NCBI GenBank assembly: GCA_002493625.1
Contig: DKZK01000010.1
Span: 74,810 to 138,809, forward strand
Direction: 5' to 3'
Source of the DNA: Lachnospiraceae bacterium UBA7076
GTDB taxonomy: Bacteria > Bacillota > Clostridia > Lachnospirales > Lachnospiraceae
DNA: 64,000 nt
Below, piece after piece: positions 46,422 to 55,444 of this stretch (position 1 is the first letter of the stretch; every line of letters starts with the position of its first letter). Under the pieces are notes generated by a model. That model searched no databases, was not told where the DNA came from, and worked only from the letters and a program-made list of their open reading frames with translations. The position numbers were made by a program, and so were the translations under genes.

Positions 46422-47711
46422 TTAATACAAGGTCTCCACAAGCTCATTGATATATTTTGTGCAGTCCGTCCCATCGACTTTCATTTTAATCAGGATGTAC
46501 CGCTCTGTATGTCCCTTTATATATTGTACTCCATTTTCCAGAACATATTCCTCAACAAGAACAAACTGCTTTGTTCCCCTAAATAAAGCCTCATATTCTT
46601 CCTTCTGCTTCTTTGCAAGCCCAAGAAGAATATTACTCCTCCTGTCCTTCTCCTCATCACTGACCTGATTTGGCATCGAATCCGCAGCAGTCCCTGCTCT
46701 CCTTGAATATTTAAAAATATGCATCTCATATAATTTAAGATCATATAAATTTTTTACCGTAATATCAAATTCTTCCTCCGTCTCACCGGGAAATCCCACT
46801 ATAACATCCGTTGTAATTGCAGGCTTATCATAGTATTTTCTTATAAGTCCGCATTTTTCCTTATACTCCTCAATTGTATATTTCCTGTTCATGCGTCTTA
46901 GGGTATCATTGCATGCGCTTTGCAGAGACAGGTGGAAATGAGGACATATCTTATTTTCCTTACTTATAACGCCTAGAAATTCCTCCGTAATAACCCGGGG
47001 CTCCAGGGAGCCCATTCTTATCCGCTCTACGCCCTCCACGCCGCATACTGCCAGAAGCAAATCAAGGAGCCCTTTTCCGCAGTCGTCATAGGAGGAAAGA
47101 TTAATGCCTGTCAGAACTACCTCCTTTATGCCGGAGGCTGCAAGTCTTTTTATTTCCTCTATTACCTCCGCAAGGCTTCTGCTTCTTATACGTCCCCTTG
47201 TATACGGAATAATACAATACGAGCAAAAATTATTACACCCGTCCTGAACCTTCACATAAGCCCTGGTATGCTCATTTGGCTTAACGAGCGTCATTGATTC
47301 GTATTCACAGTTTTTATTTATATCTATGAAATTATCCGAAACCTTATGCTCACTAATATATTCATCAATAATCCTTACAATGTCTTTTTTTCTGTTATTG
47401 CCTACAACGATGTCTATAAGCTCATCTTTAATCAGGCTGTCCCTGGCAGCCTGAACATAACAGCCCGCTGCAATTATAACTGCATCCTTGTTTTTTTTTC
47501 TTGCCCTGTGTATCATCTGTCTGGATTTTCTGTCAGCAATATTTGTCACGGAACAGGTGTTTATAATACACACATCCGCCGGCTCTGAAAAAGGTACAAT
47601 TACAGCGCCTTCCGATGCAAGCATGTCAGCCATGCTGTCAGATTCATACTGATTAACTTTACAACCCAATGTATAAAATGATACTTTTATGTTATTAATA
47701 TTTACAAACAT
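46422..47711 (-). CDS. mtaB: tRNA t6A37 methylthiotransferase MtaB
   Basis: UPF0004 N-domain (FYTLGCKVNQYES), radical-SAM CNNFCSYC and a TRAM-like C-terminus. Confidence 0.88.
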   Translation of the reverse strand: MFVNINNIKVSFYTLGCKVNQYESDSMADMLASEGAVIVPFSEPADVCIINTCSVTNIADRKSRQMIHRARKKNKDAVIIAAGCYVQAARDSLIKDELIDIVVGNNRKKDIVRIIDEYISEHKVSDNFIDINKNCEYESMTLVKPNEHTRAYVKVQDGCNNFCSYCIIPYTRGRIRSRSLAEVIEEIKRLAASGIKEVVLTGINLSSYDDCGKGLLDLLLAVCGVEGVERIRMGSLEPRVITEEFLGVISKENKICPHFHLSLQSACNDTLRRMNRKYTIEEYKEKCGLIRKYYDKPAITTDVIVGFPGETEEEFDITVKNLYDLKLYEMHIFKYSRRAGTAADSMPNQVSDEEKDRRSNILLGLAKKQKEEYEALFRGTKQFVLVEEYVLENGVQYIKGHTERYILIKMKVDGTDCTKYINELVETLY

Positions 47712-47811
47712 TTTACTAAAAAACTCCCATATGATTATTGACTTTTATATTCTTAGCTTATATTATAGTAACATACATATTTAATTAATGTAAATGAGGA
47801 GGTTATCTACA

Positions 47812-48045
47812 ATGATAGCAGTTCATGTATCGCTTAATTCTATTGAGAAGGTTAAAAGCTTTGTAAACGATATCAGCACATTCAATGCTGAATTTGACTT
47901 AGTTTCAGGAAGATATGTTATAGATGCAAAGTCTATCATGGGCATTTTCAGTCTGGATATATCAAAGCCAATTGAGCTTAACATTCACACGGAAGAAAAT
48001 GACGAGGACATAATGGCAGCAATCAAACCATATCTTGCAGAGTAA
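47812..48045 (+). CDS. HPr-like protein lacking His15 (Crh-like)
   Basis: 77 aa. VIDAKSIMGIFSLD matches the HPr Ser46 region. The position equivalent to GIHARP reads NSIEKV. The ATG at 47812 follows GAGGAGG. Confidence 0.75.
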   Translation: MIAVHVSLNSIEKVKSFVNDISTFNAEFDLVSGRYVIDAKSIMGIFSLDISKPIELNIHTEENDEDIMAAIKPYLAE

Positions 48046-48057
48046 GGGCTTAATAAC

Positions 48058-48095
48058 GGGGCTGTCGCAATAAGGTTACTTATTGCGACAGCTCC
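48058..48095. repeat. CTGTCGCAA-core palindromic repeat (minimal hairpin form)
   Basis: GGGGCTGTCGCAATAAG-GTTA-CTTATTGCGACAGCTCC. The right arm contains the last five codons and the stop of the GNAT gene. Confidence 0.85.
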
Positions 48096-48520
48096 ATTTT
48101 TTTTGCAATATATTGTATCATTCCCGGTCCCAGGCTTTCCGTAGGTCTTGCAGCAAAACCATGCTTTATGTAAAACGGCTCACGCCCTTTTGCACACATA
48201 AGGCAGAGCATCATCTCGCTCCCATCCTCACACAAGGATTTTACAAATGCAATCAGTTTTTCAATAATAAGGGAACCGATTCCCTTTCCCTGAGCCTCAG
48301 GAATCACTATAAGATCCTGTACATAGGAGATAACCGCTCCGTCCCCGACTATTCTTCCCATCCCCAAAATATTTCCATTTTCATCCACTGCCTTGACATT
48401 AAAAATACAGTTGGAAAGAGCAAGCTGCGCCTGCCTGTCAGTAAGCTGTTTCCAGTGAACCTTATCCCTTAAATAAAAATACTCCTCCACACAAATGTCA
48501 TTTTCAACTAAATCTATCAT
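48080..48520 (-). CDS. GNAT family N-acetyltransferase
   Basis: QGKGIGSLIIEKL motif. The ATG at 48520 lies 7 nt after TGGAG, just downstream of the hisF stop. Confidence 0.85.
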   Translation of the reverse strand: MIDLVENDICVEEYFYLRDKVHWKQLTDRQAQLALSNCIFNVKAVDENGNILGMGRIVGDGAVISYVQDLIVIPEAQGKGIGSLIIEKLIAFVKSLCEDGSEMMLCLMCAKGREPFYIKHGFAARPTESLGPGMIQYIAKKMELSQ

Positions 48521-48537
48521 GAAAAAACTCCAATCCA

Positions 48538-49299
48538 CTAAAATCTTACGGAAAGCCCTCTGTCTGCCAGATAAGCTTTTAAATCCATTATTTCAAGCTC
48601 CTTGTAATGAAATAATGATGCGGCAAGGGCAGCGTCCGCCTTTCCCTCCGTAAGCGCCTCATAAAAATGCTCCTTTGTCCCTGCTCCCCCTGAGGCTATA
48701 ACCGGAACAGAAACATTTTCAGATATTATTCTTGTAAGCTCTATATCATATCCCGCCTTTGTGCCGTCACAGTCCATGCTCGTAAGCAGTATTTCACCTG
48801 CCCCAAGCCTGTCAGCCTTAATTGCCCATTCTACGGCGTCAAGCCCCGTATCGACGCGTCCTCCGTGCTTATATATATTCCAACCCGTGCCATCCTCACG
48901 CCGTCTTGCATCTATGGCAACCACAACGCACTGGCTTCCAAATTTGTCGGCGGCATCACTTATAAGCATGGGATTATCTATGGCGGCTGAATTAATTGAA
49001 ATCTTATCGGCGCCCTCTCTGAGTATTGCCCTGAAATCTTCCACAGTTCTTATTCCTCCTCCTACCGTAAATGGAATAAAAACCGTCTCAGCAACCCTTC
49101 TTACCATGTCTATGACTATATTTCTTGCATCGGAGGATGCTGTTATATCCAAAAAAACAAGCTCGTCTGCGCCTGCCTTATCATATGCGGCTCCAACGCT
49201 TACAGGATCACCCGCATCCTTAAGATTAACAAAATTTATACCCTTAACAACCCTTCCGTTTTTTACATCAAGACATGGTATAATTCTTTTTGTATGCAT
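48538..49299 (-). CDS. hisF: imidazole glycerol phosphate synthase cyclase subunit HisF
   Basis: KRIIPCLDV and GGGIR motifs, with GAGEILL and ASGGAG in the second half-barrel. Confidence 0.96.
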   Translation of the reverse strand: MHTKRIIPCLDVKNGRVVKGINFVNLKDAGDPVSVGAAYDKAGADELVFLDITASSDARNIVIDMVRRVAETVFIPFTVGGGIRTVEDFRAILREGADKISINSAAIDNPMLISDAADKFGSQCVVVAIDARRREDGTGWNIYKHGGRVDTGLDAVEWAIKADRLGAGEILLTSMDCDGTKAGYDIELTRIISENVSVPVIASGGAGTKEHFYEALTEGKADAALAASLFHYKELEIMDLKAYLADRGLSVRF

Positions 49300-49348
49300 G
49301 TATTAATCTCCTCAAACCTGGTAAATAGAAAAACCTGTTATATATTTG

Positions 49349-49951
49349 TTACAAATTCAAAAAATTTTTCAAGATGGACAATCCAACCTCACCGCTTTTT
49401 TCCGGATGAAACTGACATGCAAAAATATTTCCTTTTTCAACGGATGCATGTATCTCCACGGCATAATTTGTTTTTGCGGCAACCTCAGTAGCATTCTGCG
49501 CCTTCAGGTAATAGGAATGGACAAAATATACATAGGGATTATCCGGAAGACCCTTAAAAAGTGTCGCTCCCTTCGTTATGTCGAGGCTGTTCCAGCCAAT
49601 CTGCGGAACCTTAAGCCCCCTGTCGGGTATCTTAAGTATTTCTCCGTCCAATATTCCAAGTCCCGAAACGCCGCTGCATTCTTCACTGTTTTTATATAAA
49701 AGCTGAAGTCCGAGGCAGATTCCCAAAAAAGGCTTTCCCGAGTTACACACATCATAAATGACATTCACAAGACCATATCCATTCAGCTTATTCATGGCAT
49801 CCCCAAAGCTTCCAACACCGGGAAGTATAACCTTATCACTGCCTGATATAACGTCCCTGTCTCTTGTAACTACCGCTTCTTCTCCCAAAAAGCCAACTGC
49901 CTTTTCCACACTTTTTATATTGCCTGCATCATAATCTATAATTGCTACCAT
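49349..49951 (-). CDS. hisH: imidazole glycerol phosphate synthase glutaminase subunit HisH
   Basis: MVAIIDYDAGN, GICLGLQLL (catalytic Cys) and QFHPEKS. The ATG at 49951 lies 6 nt after GGAG. Confidence 0.95.
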   Translation of the reverse strand: MVAIIDYDAGNIKSVEKAVGFLGEEAVVTRDRDVISGSDKVILPGVGSFGDAMNKLNGYGLVNVIYDVCNSGKPFLGICLGLQLLYKNSEECSGVSGLGILDGEILKIPDRGLKVPQIGWNSLDITKGATLFKGLPDNPYVYFVHSYYLKAQNATEVAAKTNYAVEIHASVEKGNIFACQFHPEKSGEVGLSILKNFLNL

Positions 49952-49978
49952 ACTTTTCTCCATTCAATTGCAGTTTGA

Positions 49979-51529
49979 TTATTCATTCACTATACCGGAG
50001 GAAAGTTCCAGAAGCTTTATTGAATATTCCTGTCCCTTCAAGGCAATAATGCTGTACGCCTCCTCCTCTGAAATACCATAAGTATCCCAAAGCGCCGTTA
50101 CAATTTTAGCCTTACAGCCATCTAAATTCCCGGCTATTCCAAGCTCCACCGCTTCAGCATAGTGGACATCATGCTTCTCCAAGCCCCTGAGCAGTGCATC
50201 AAGCGCCTTATCAGGGCGGTTACTGGATAAATTATTTTCATATGATTCATACAACCGCTCAACATACATAACCGTATATATCCTGTCCTTAAGCACCTGA
50301 TCATCCTCTTTTACATCAACACCCGATACCTCATCATATGCCAGTCTGTATCTCTGCCTTTCAAAATAATCATCCGCCTTCTTTATAACCTGAGAATAAT
50401 TAAATATACTTGAGCCAAGCACAATCAAAACACCAAGCGCAATAAAAATTACAAAAACTATAACGACAGCAGAAGTTGAAAGCTTCTTTTCATCTTTTTC
50501 AGCCTCAAGCTCCGCATTTAATTCTTCAAGCTTCTCCTTTTTCTTTTTATCCTTTTCTTTTTTCTTTTCCTGCTCCTGTTTTTTCTTTAATGCTTTTTTC
50601 TCGTTACTCTTAGCTTTCTTCTCCGCCTTAATAACATCTTTCTCAGCCTTTTTTTCTTCTTTTTCGGCTTTTTTTGCCTGAAGGCGGCGTTCCTCCTCCT
50701 CGTCATCCTCGTCAGGCTCTCCAAATAAAATTACGGAAAGAGATTTTTTTCCTCCATTTTCTCCTTTTGATTTCTTTGCACCCTTTTCTCCAATGTCCTC
50801 AATATCATCAATATCGCTATTCTCAAAGTCCAATTCCGTGGCGCCGTCAAGCATATTGTCAACCTGACTCTGATTGGTGGTATAATCATCTTCATCTGAC
50901 GAATTATCATCATCTATGCCAAGTGCAGAGAATAAATCGTCAAGATCCATATTTTCCACATCACCAGACGCCTCCATATCTGCCCCCATGGCATTTCCGG
51001 TATCCTCTCCAAAAGCATTCAACTCATTCATAGACATCCCAAACATTTCCTCATCCATACGCTGTTCCGTTTCCGCCTCACTAAACACCTCCTCGTCAAA
51101 GGAAAGAGTTTGTTCCGGCATTGGCTCAGGTTCATATTCCGGCTCAGACACATTTTGAAATTGAGCCTCCTGCGCCTCTGCTTCGCTCTCCATGAAGATG
51201 TCCTCTCCGGATGAAGAATCCGGAGTTTCCTGTGTCTCGGCAATGAGTGATTCCATATCAAAATCCACGTCATTTGACTTATTACCAACCACAGGTTTTT
51301 CACTGCTGAGCTTTGTAACATCAACGTCGTCAAAATCTATGTCATCTAATTCCAATGAAGATAAATCGATATCATCAAGTGCATCCAATTCATCCAATGA
51401 GATATCCTCCACATCGGAAAAATCTATATCAATGCCGGAGTCTTCTGACATACTTTTATCAAAGCTGTTTTGTTGTCCGTTATTCCCTGATAACTCGCCT
51501 AATAAATCGTCAAGATAATTTTCGTCCAT
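49979..51529 (-). CDS. highly acidic low-complexity membrane-anchored protein
   Basis: 516 aa. About one residue in three is D/E over the first ~280 aa. A K/E-rich stretch, one TM helix (VVIVFVIFIALGVLIVLG) and a ~140-aa C-terminal domain follow. The ATG at 51529 lies 6 nt after GAGGAG. Confidence 0.65.
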   Translation of the reverse strand: MDENYLDDLLGELSGNNGQQNSFDKSMSEDSGIDIDFSDVEDISLDELDALDDIDLSSLELDDIDFDDVDVTKLSSEKPVVGNKSNDVDFDMESLIAETQETPDSSSGEDIFMESEAEAQEAQFQNVSEPEYEPEPMPEQTLSFDEEVFSEAETEQRMDEEMFGMSMNELNAFGEDTGNAMGADMEASGDVENMDLDDLFSALGIDDDNSSDEDDYTTNQSQVDNMLDGATELDFENSDIDDIEDIGEKGAKKSKGENGGKKSLSVILFGEPDEDDEEEERRLQAKKAEKEEKKAEKDVIKAEKKAKSNEKKALKKKQEQEKKKEKDKKKKEKLEELNAELEAEKDEKKLSTSAVVIVFVIFIALGVLIVLGSSIFNYSQVIKKADDYFERQRYRLAYDEVSGVDVKEDDQVLKDRIYTVMYVERLYESYENNLSSNRPDKALDALLRGLEKHDVHYAEAVELGIAGNLDGCKAKIVTALWDTYGISEEEAYSIIALKGQEYSIKLLELSSGIVNE

Positions 51530-51752
51530 TCCGCACTCCTCATATCTACAATATTTTTTATTTATTGTTGTTTTAATTTTGTCACACAATTATAGTAATA
51601 ATACCACATACAAGTTTAATTAACAAGATTTTTGCATTCATTTCGACAAAAGCTTATTATTGATTTTTTTATTGTTATGTTATATTATATGAAATGTATT
51701 TATATATAAATTTGATTTTCATTTTTAAAATATACATAAGGGGGTGTTTTTT

Positions 51753-51953
51753 ATGAAATCAACATTTTTCGTAGAATTTTACGGAAAACAGGTGGAAGAA
51801 GCAGCGCTTATCAAGACGGCAAAAGAAATATGGAAAAACAGCGGCAAGAAAGCGACTGATTTAAAATCTTTAAATTTATATGTAAAGCCTGAAGAAAATA
51901 CAGTTTACTATGTTTTCAATGATGACGAATCCGGAAGCTTTGCTATTGATTAA
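51753..51953 (+). CDS. small hypothetical protein (66 aa)
   Basis: The ATG at 51753 lies 8 nt after AAGGGGG. It is followed directly by a strong terminator. Confidence 0.6.
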   Translation: MKSTFFVEFYGKQVEEAALIKTAKEIWKNSGKKATDLKSLNLYVKPEENTVYYVFNDDESGSFAID

Positions 51954-51957
51954 AAGA

Positions 51958-51990
51958 CAAAAAAGACCGAAAACAATCGGTCTTTTTTGT
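51958..51990. terminator. bidirectional intrinsic terminator
   Basis: AAAAAAGACCGA-AAACAA-TCGGTCTTTTTTGTTTT between convergent genes. Confidence 0.85.
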
Positions 51991-52006
51991 TTTGTGGGAG
52001 AATCGC

Positions 52007-52417
52007 CTACACATCGAAATAATCATCATAATCACCATTGGCATATGAACGTGTATAATTGACATTATTTGCCCTCTTTACCTTAGGCTGTGGTCTGCTG
52101 CTCTCTCTCTTTTTGTTCTGCTTCTTTTTAATGGATTTTTGTTCCTTCTCTAAACGAAGCATCGTTTTATTTTTATCAGGTATTGACACTGACGATTTAT
52201 TATCCTTTGGACGGGACGGTCTGCTTCTTCTTCCGTTTTCCTCCTCATCATCCTTATCCTTTGGAGAATATCTGGGGGTATAGCTTTTATTGCCATATCC
52301 GCTGCTCTTTTCACCCTTTTTTTGATATTTCGGTCCATTTGCAGTACCCGGTCTTGTATAATCCCTTTTTGGTTTGTTTTTTCCGGAACCAATATCATTT
52401 GTCCCTTGCGTTGCCAC
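52007..52417 (-). CDS. basic low-complexity (K/R/S/P-rich) protein, GTG start
   Basis: The GTG at 52417 lies 8 nt after GGAAGGAG. The ATG at 52453 in the ORF track has no SD. The sequence looks disordered. Confidence 0.5.
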   Translation of the reverse strand: MATQGTNDIGSGKNKPKRDYTRPGTANGPKYQKKGEKSSGYGNKSYTPRYSPKDKDDEEENGRRSRPSRPKDNKSSVSIPDKNKTMLRLEKEQKSIKKKQNKKRESSRPQPKVKRANNVNYTRSYANGDYDDYFDV

Positions 52418-52534
52418 TTTTGTATCTCCTTCCAAAATAATAGAATAAATCATATACTATATTACTTTAGATAATTCTTACTCGTCAACATATATTTTTA
52501 AAAAAATATACATAAATTGTGTTCAATCGTCACC

Positions 52535-53326
52535 TTATGCATGCATTTTATATTCAATTCTCAGTTTATCTGCAATCAAAGCTATAAATTCAGAATTAGT
52601 CGGCTTACCCTTTCCGGCGCTTACCGTATATCCGAACATTTCCTCAATAACCTCTATTTTTCCCCTGCTCCATGCCACCTCAATTGCATGCCGTATAGCC
52701 CGCTCAACACTACTTGATGTCGTCTTGTATTTTTTAGCTATGCTCGGATATAAAAGTTTTGTAATAAAATTCAGCATATTCATATCATTTATTGCCATAA
52801 TAATGCCTTCCCGAATATACTGATACCCCTTTATATGCGCAGGTATTCCGATCTCACGTATAATCTCCGTAACATCATTTTCAATTGAAGATTCCTGCCG
52901 GCTCATATTTGCCCTCGCATCAATCTCCACAAGCTCATCCTCCTTAGATAAGCCTGCAATCTGTATAATTCTCTTTGCCAATATTTCAGGATTACACGGC
53001 TTCATAATGTAATAATCTGCTCCAAGATTAAATGCCATGCTTATTATACGTGGTGAACCCACGTTAGTAATAAAAATAATGCTTGTCCCTGAAAATTCTT
53101 CGTTTGCACGTAACTGCTCAACAACCTCAAGTCCGTCAACATTTGCAATAAATACATCTATCAGAAGAACATCCGGCCTGTATTCTGAAACAATATCACA
53201 AACAGCCGCTCCATCATCCGTTGTACTTACAATATCAATAGTATCTCCACTTTGAACCTGTAATTGCTTTGATAGGATTTCATAGCCTGCATCTGCAATT
53301 ACAACCCGAACTTTTTGTTCAGTCAT
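52535..53326 (-). CDS. spo0A: Spo0A-type sporulation response regulator (paralog B, near-canonical receiver)
   Basis: The C-terminal Spo0A_C signature is [55 protein letters not shown] retains the phospho-Asp (LLIDVFI), Thr (FITNVG) and Lys (IMKP), but the acidic pair reads ADA. The ATG at 53326 lies 7 nt after GGGGAG. Confidence 0.9.
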   Translation of the reverse strand: MTEQKVRVVIADAGYEILSKQLQVQSGDTIDIVSTTDDGAAVCDIVSEYRPDVLLIDVFIANVDGLEVVEQLRANEEFSGTSIIFITNVGSPRIISMAFNLGADYYIMKPCNPEILAKRIIQIAGLSKEDELVEIDARANMSRQESSIENDVTEIIREIGIPAHIKGYQYIREGIIMAINDMNMLNFITKLLYPSIAKKYKTTSSSVERAIRHAIEVAWSRGKIEVIEEMFGYTVSAGKGKPTNSEFIALIADKLRIEYKMHA

Positions 53327-53377
53327 AACAATCTCCCCTTTAGCTATTCTCCATATCAATCATATAACCATATGGAG

Positions 53378-53406
53378 ATAATATAATTTCATTTTTTCAT
53401 TGTCAA
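53378..53406 (-). promoter_or_regulatory. sigma-A-type promoter of spo0A paralog B (TTGACA-17-TATTAT)
   Basis: On the minus strand, -35 is at 53401..53406 and -10 at 53378..53383. An exact TGTCGAA (0A box) lies on the minus strand at 53437..53443. Confidence 0.6.
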
Positions 53407-53452
53407 GGTCGAATTTGCATATTTTACCAATAATATTTCGACATATTGTGAC

Positions 53453-54241
53453 CTAAGCACTTTTCATTTTACTGTCAAGTCTTATCTTATCGGCAATAAG
53501 CGCTATAAATTCCGAATTTGTAGGCTTTAATTTTCCCTGATTCATTGTATAGCCAAACAGTTCATAAATTGTATCTGTTTTCCCTCTCCCCCATGCAACC
53601 TCAATTGCATGTCTTATTGCCCTTTCAACTCTTGATGAGGTTGTTCCGTACTCCTTAGCAATCGAGGGATATAGCTGCTTTGTTATGGAATTTAAAACAT
53701 CCATGTCACGTACCGCCATGATAATGGAGCTTCTTAAATACTGATAGCCCTTTATATGTGCCGGAACACCGATCTCATGTATTATCTCGGTAACCTTCCG
53801 TTCCAGGTTACTCTCGTAAATTTCATCTGAATTCTCACATATGTGAATCCCTTTTTGTTTTGATTTGGATGTATTTATTATTTCCTGAAATAAATCAATT
53901 CCGTCTGCCGCTTCATCAATTATGTTTATGTATATATTATTTAATTTTCCCTTGTATATTTTTTCCAAAAATTTTATCTGGCTCATATTGGCCTTTACAA
54001 GAAATTTAAACGGGCAATTTTCCCTTTTATCTATCTCATCCATTATGGCAATGCCATCTAAATTTGGCAGCAATAAATCGATAATTACAATGTCAGGATT
54101 ATATTTTAAAATTCCGTCCATTCCCTCCTGACCATCCGTAAAACAGCCGCAGACATAAAAGTCTTTCTTTGTCTCAAGCATGACCCTTAACTCGTTCGCG
54201 CTTCTCAAATCATGCTTGATAACAAGTACCTTTATTCTCAT
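53453..54241 (-). CDS. Spo0A-like regulator (paralog A, degenerate receiver domain)
   Basis: The C-terminal Spo0A_C signature is [52 protein letters not shown]. In REC only the central Asp (VIIDLLLP) is recognisable. The acidic pair reads KHD, and the Thr and Lys-Pro positions are not conserved. Confidence 0.85.
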   Translation of the reverse strand: MRIKVLVIKHDLRSANELRVMLETKKDFYVCGCFTDGQEGMDGILKYNPDIVIIDLLLPNLDGIAIMDEIDKRENCPFKFLVKANMSQIKFLEKIYKGKLNNIYINIIDEAADGIDLFQEIINTSKSKQKGIHICENSDEIYESNLERKVTEIIHEIGVPAHIKGYQYLRSSIIMAVRDMDVLNSITKQLYPSIAKEYGTTSSRVERAIRHAIEVAWGRGKTDTIYELFGYTMNQGKLKPTNSEFIALIADKIRLDSKMKSA

Positions 54242-54276
54242 AACATTTTCCCTCTTTTCATTTTGTTTTCACTGCC

Positions 54277-54305
54277 ATTATAGCTTTGGAAAATATAGGT
54301 AACAA
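54277..54305 (-). promoter_or_regulatory. sigma-A-type promoter of spo0A-like paralog A (TTGTTA-17-TATAAT)
   Basis: On the minus strand, -35 is at 54300..54305 and -10 at 54277..54282. Confidence 0.5.
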
Positions 54306-54315
54306 GACCAAAGAG

Positions 54316-54330
54316 GTCGCAAGTTGCGAC
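54316..54330. promoter_or_regulatory. 15-bp palindrome GTCGCAA-G-TTGCGAC 10 bp upstream of the -35
   Basis: Perfect 7+1+7 palindrome. It has the same GTCGCAA core as the intergenic repeat family and is one substitution from the 0A-box core. Confidence 0.45.
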
Positions 54331-54414
54331 ACTAGGATTTGACAACATTTTCAGTCAAAAAAATAAGGGTACTGTCACACGCAGGTAAATTCCTGGTACA
54401 ACAGACCCGTTATT

Positions 54415-55311
54415 TTATATATTAATATTCATCCTTGCCCTGGGATGCGCCTTATCATATTCCTCTTTTATTTTACTTCTTCTGCTTCTTAAATATATCT
54501 GTGTTGTTGAAATATCCGAGTGCCCTAACATCTCCTGAACTGCCTTTAAATCAGCTCCGTTATTTACAAGATGTGAAGCAAATGAATGTCTTATCATATG
54601 AGGTGTAATTTCCTTGTCTATTCCGGCTTTCTTTGCATAGGATTTTATAAGCTTCCAAAATCCCTGTCTCGTCATCTGTGCGCCCTTCAAATTTGTAAAC
54701 AGATACTCGCTTCCCTCGCACATGCTCTCCCTTGCATTATTTATATAATTTTCCAGAGCAGCTCTCGCTGCATTTTCTATAGGTATAACACGTTCCTTAT
54801 TTGAATCCTTGCATAAAATATAACTCATGGATAAATTTACATCCTCAAGCCTGATTGAAATAAGCTCCGATACTCTCATGCCTGTGGCATATAAAAGCTC
54901 AAGCATAGCCTTATCCCTTATCTCCTTTGGCGTCTGCTTTGACGGCTGCTCAAGCAGTAAATTTATCTCCTCAATATTAAGAATCTCCGGTACCTTCTTT
55001 TCTATCTTAGGCGGCTTAATCTGCTCTGTAGGATCAGAAGCAATAACACCTTTTTTCAAGAGATACATAAAGAATGATTTTACACTTGCAATGTTTCTCG
55101 ATATTGTAGCTGATGACATCCCCTGCTTTTCAAGCGACAGTATGTATGAGGAAAGCTCTGTAGAGCTTATTGCCGTTATGGAGACAACATCCTTATCCTC
55201 AAGGAAAACGCAAAGCTTAATCAAATCTCTTTTATAGGAAGCCATTGTGTTATTACTGGAATGTTTTACTTTATTTAAATAATCAATGTAATCATCTACA
55301 TATTCTCTCAT
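54415..55311 (-). CDS. xerD: tyrosine recombinase XerD
   Basis: 298 aa with an N-terminal SAM-like domain and catalytic R..HxxR..Y residues (ATGMRVSEL, HMIRHSFASHL, LGHSDISTTQIYL). Confidence 0.88.
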   Translation of the reverse strand: MREYVDDYIDYLNKVKHSSNNTMASYKRDLIKLCVFLEDKDVVSITAISSTELSSYILSLEKQGMSSATISRNIASVKSFFMYLLKKGVIASDPTEQIKPPKIEKKVPEILNIEEINLLLEQPSKQTPKEIRDKAMLELLYATGMRVSELISIRLEDVNLSMSYILCKDSNKERVIPIENAARAALENYINNARESMCEGSEYLFTNLKGAQMTRQGFWKLIKSYAKKAGIDKEITPHMIRHSFASHLVNNGADLKAVQEMLGHSDISTTQIYLRSRRSKIKEEYDKAHPRARMNINI

Positions 55312-55344
55312 GAGTAACCCCTCTTAGACCTAACGCATAAGAAC

Positions 55345-55373
55345 ATTATAATGATTAATTTACATAAAATCAA
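55345..55373 (-). promoter_or_regulatory. sigma-A-type promoter of xerD (TTGATT-17-TATAAT)
   Basis: On the minus strand, -35 is at 55368..55373 and -10 at 55345..55350. An exact TGTCGAA lies on the minus strand at 55412..55418. Confidence 0.55.
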
Positions 55374-55444
55374 ACACATTTTTCTGCGAAAAGTGACGAT
55401 TTTAAGCCATTTTCGACACACGGTACAATATAGCCGATTTTAAA

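Noticed and set aside
52535-54241. The tandem Spo0A genes as an assembly or collapse artefact, or a recent identical duplication.
   Set aside because: The nucleotide sequences are clearly different throughout. The receiver halves barely align, and each gene has distinct upstream DNA and promoter elements.
54415-55311. Tyrosine recombinase as a marker of a mobile element.
   Set aside because: Its length, SAM-like N-domain and catalytic motifs fit chromosomal XerD, as does its context next to nudF, the spoIIM-like gene and spo0A. No att-like repeats or cargo genes are present.
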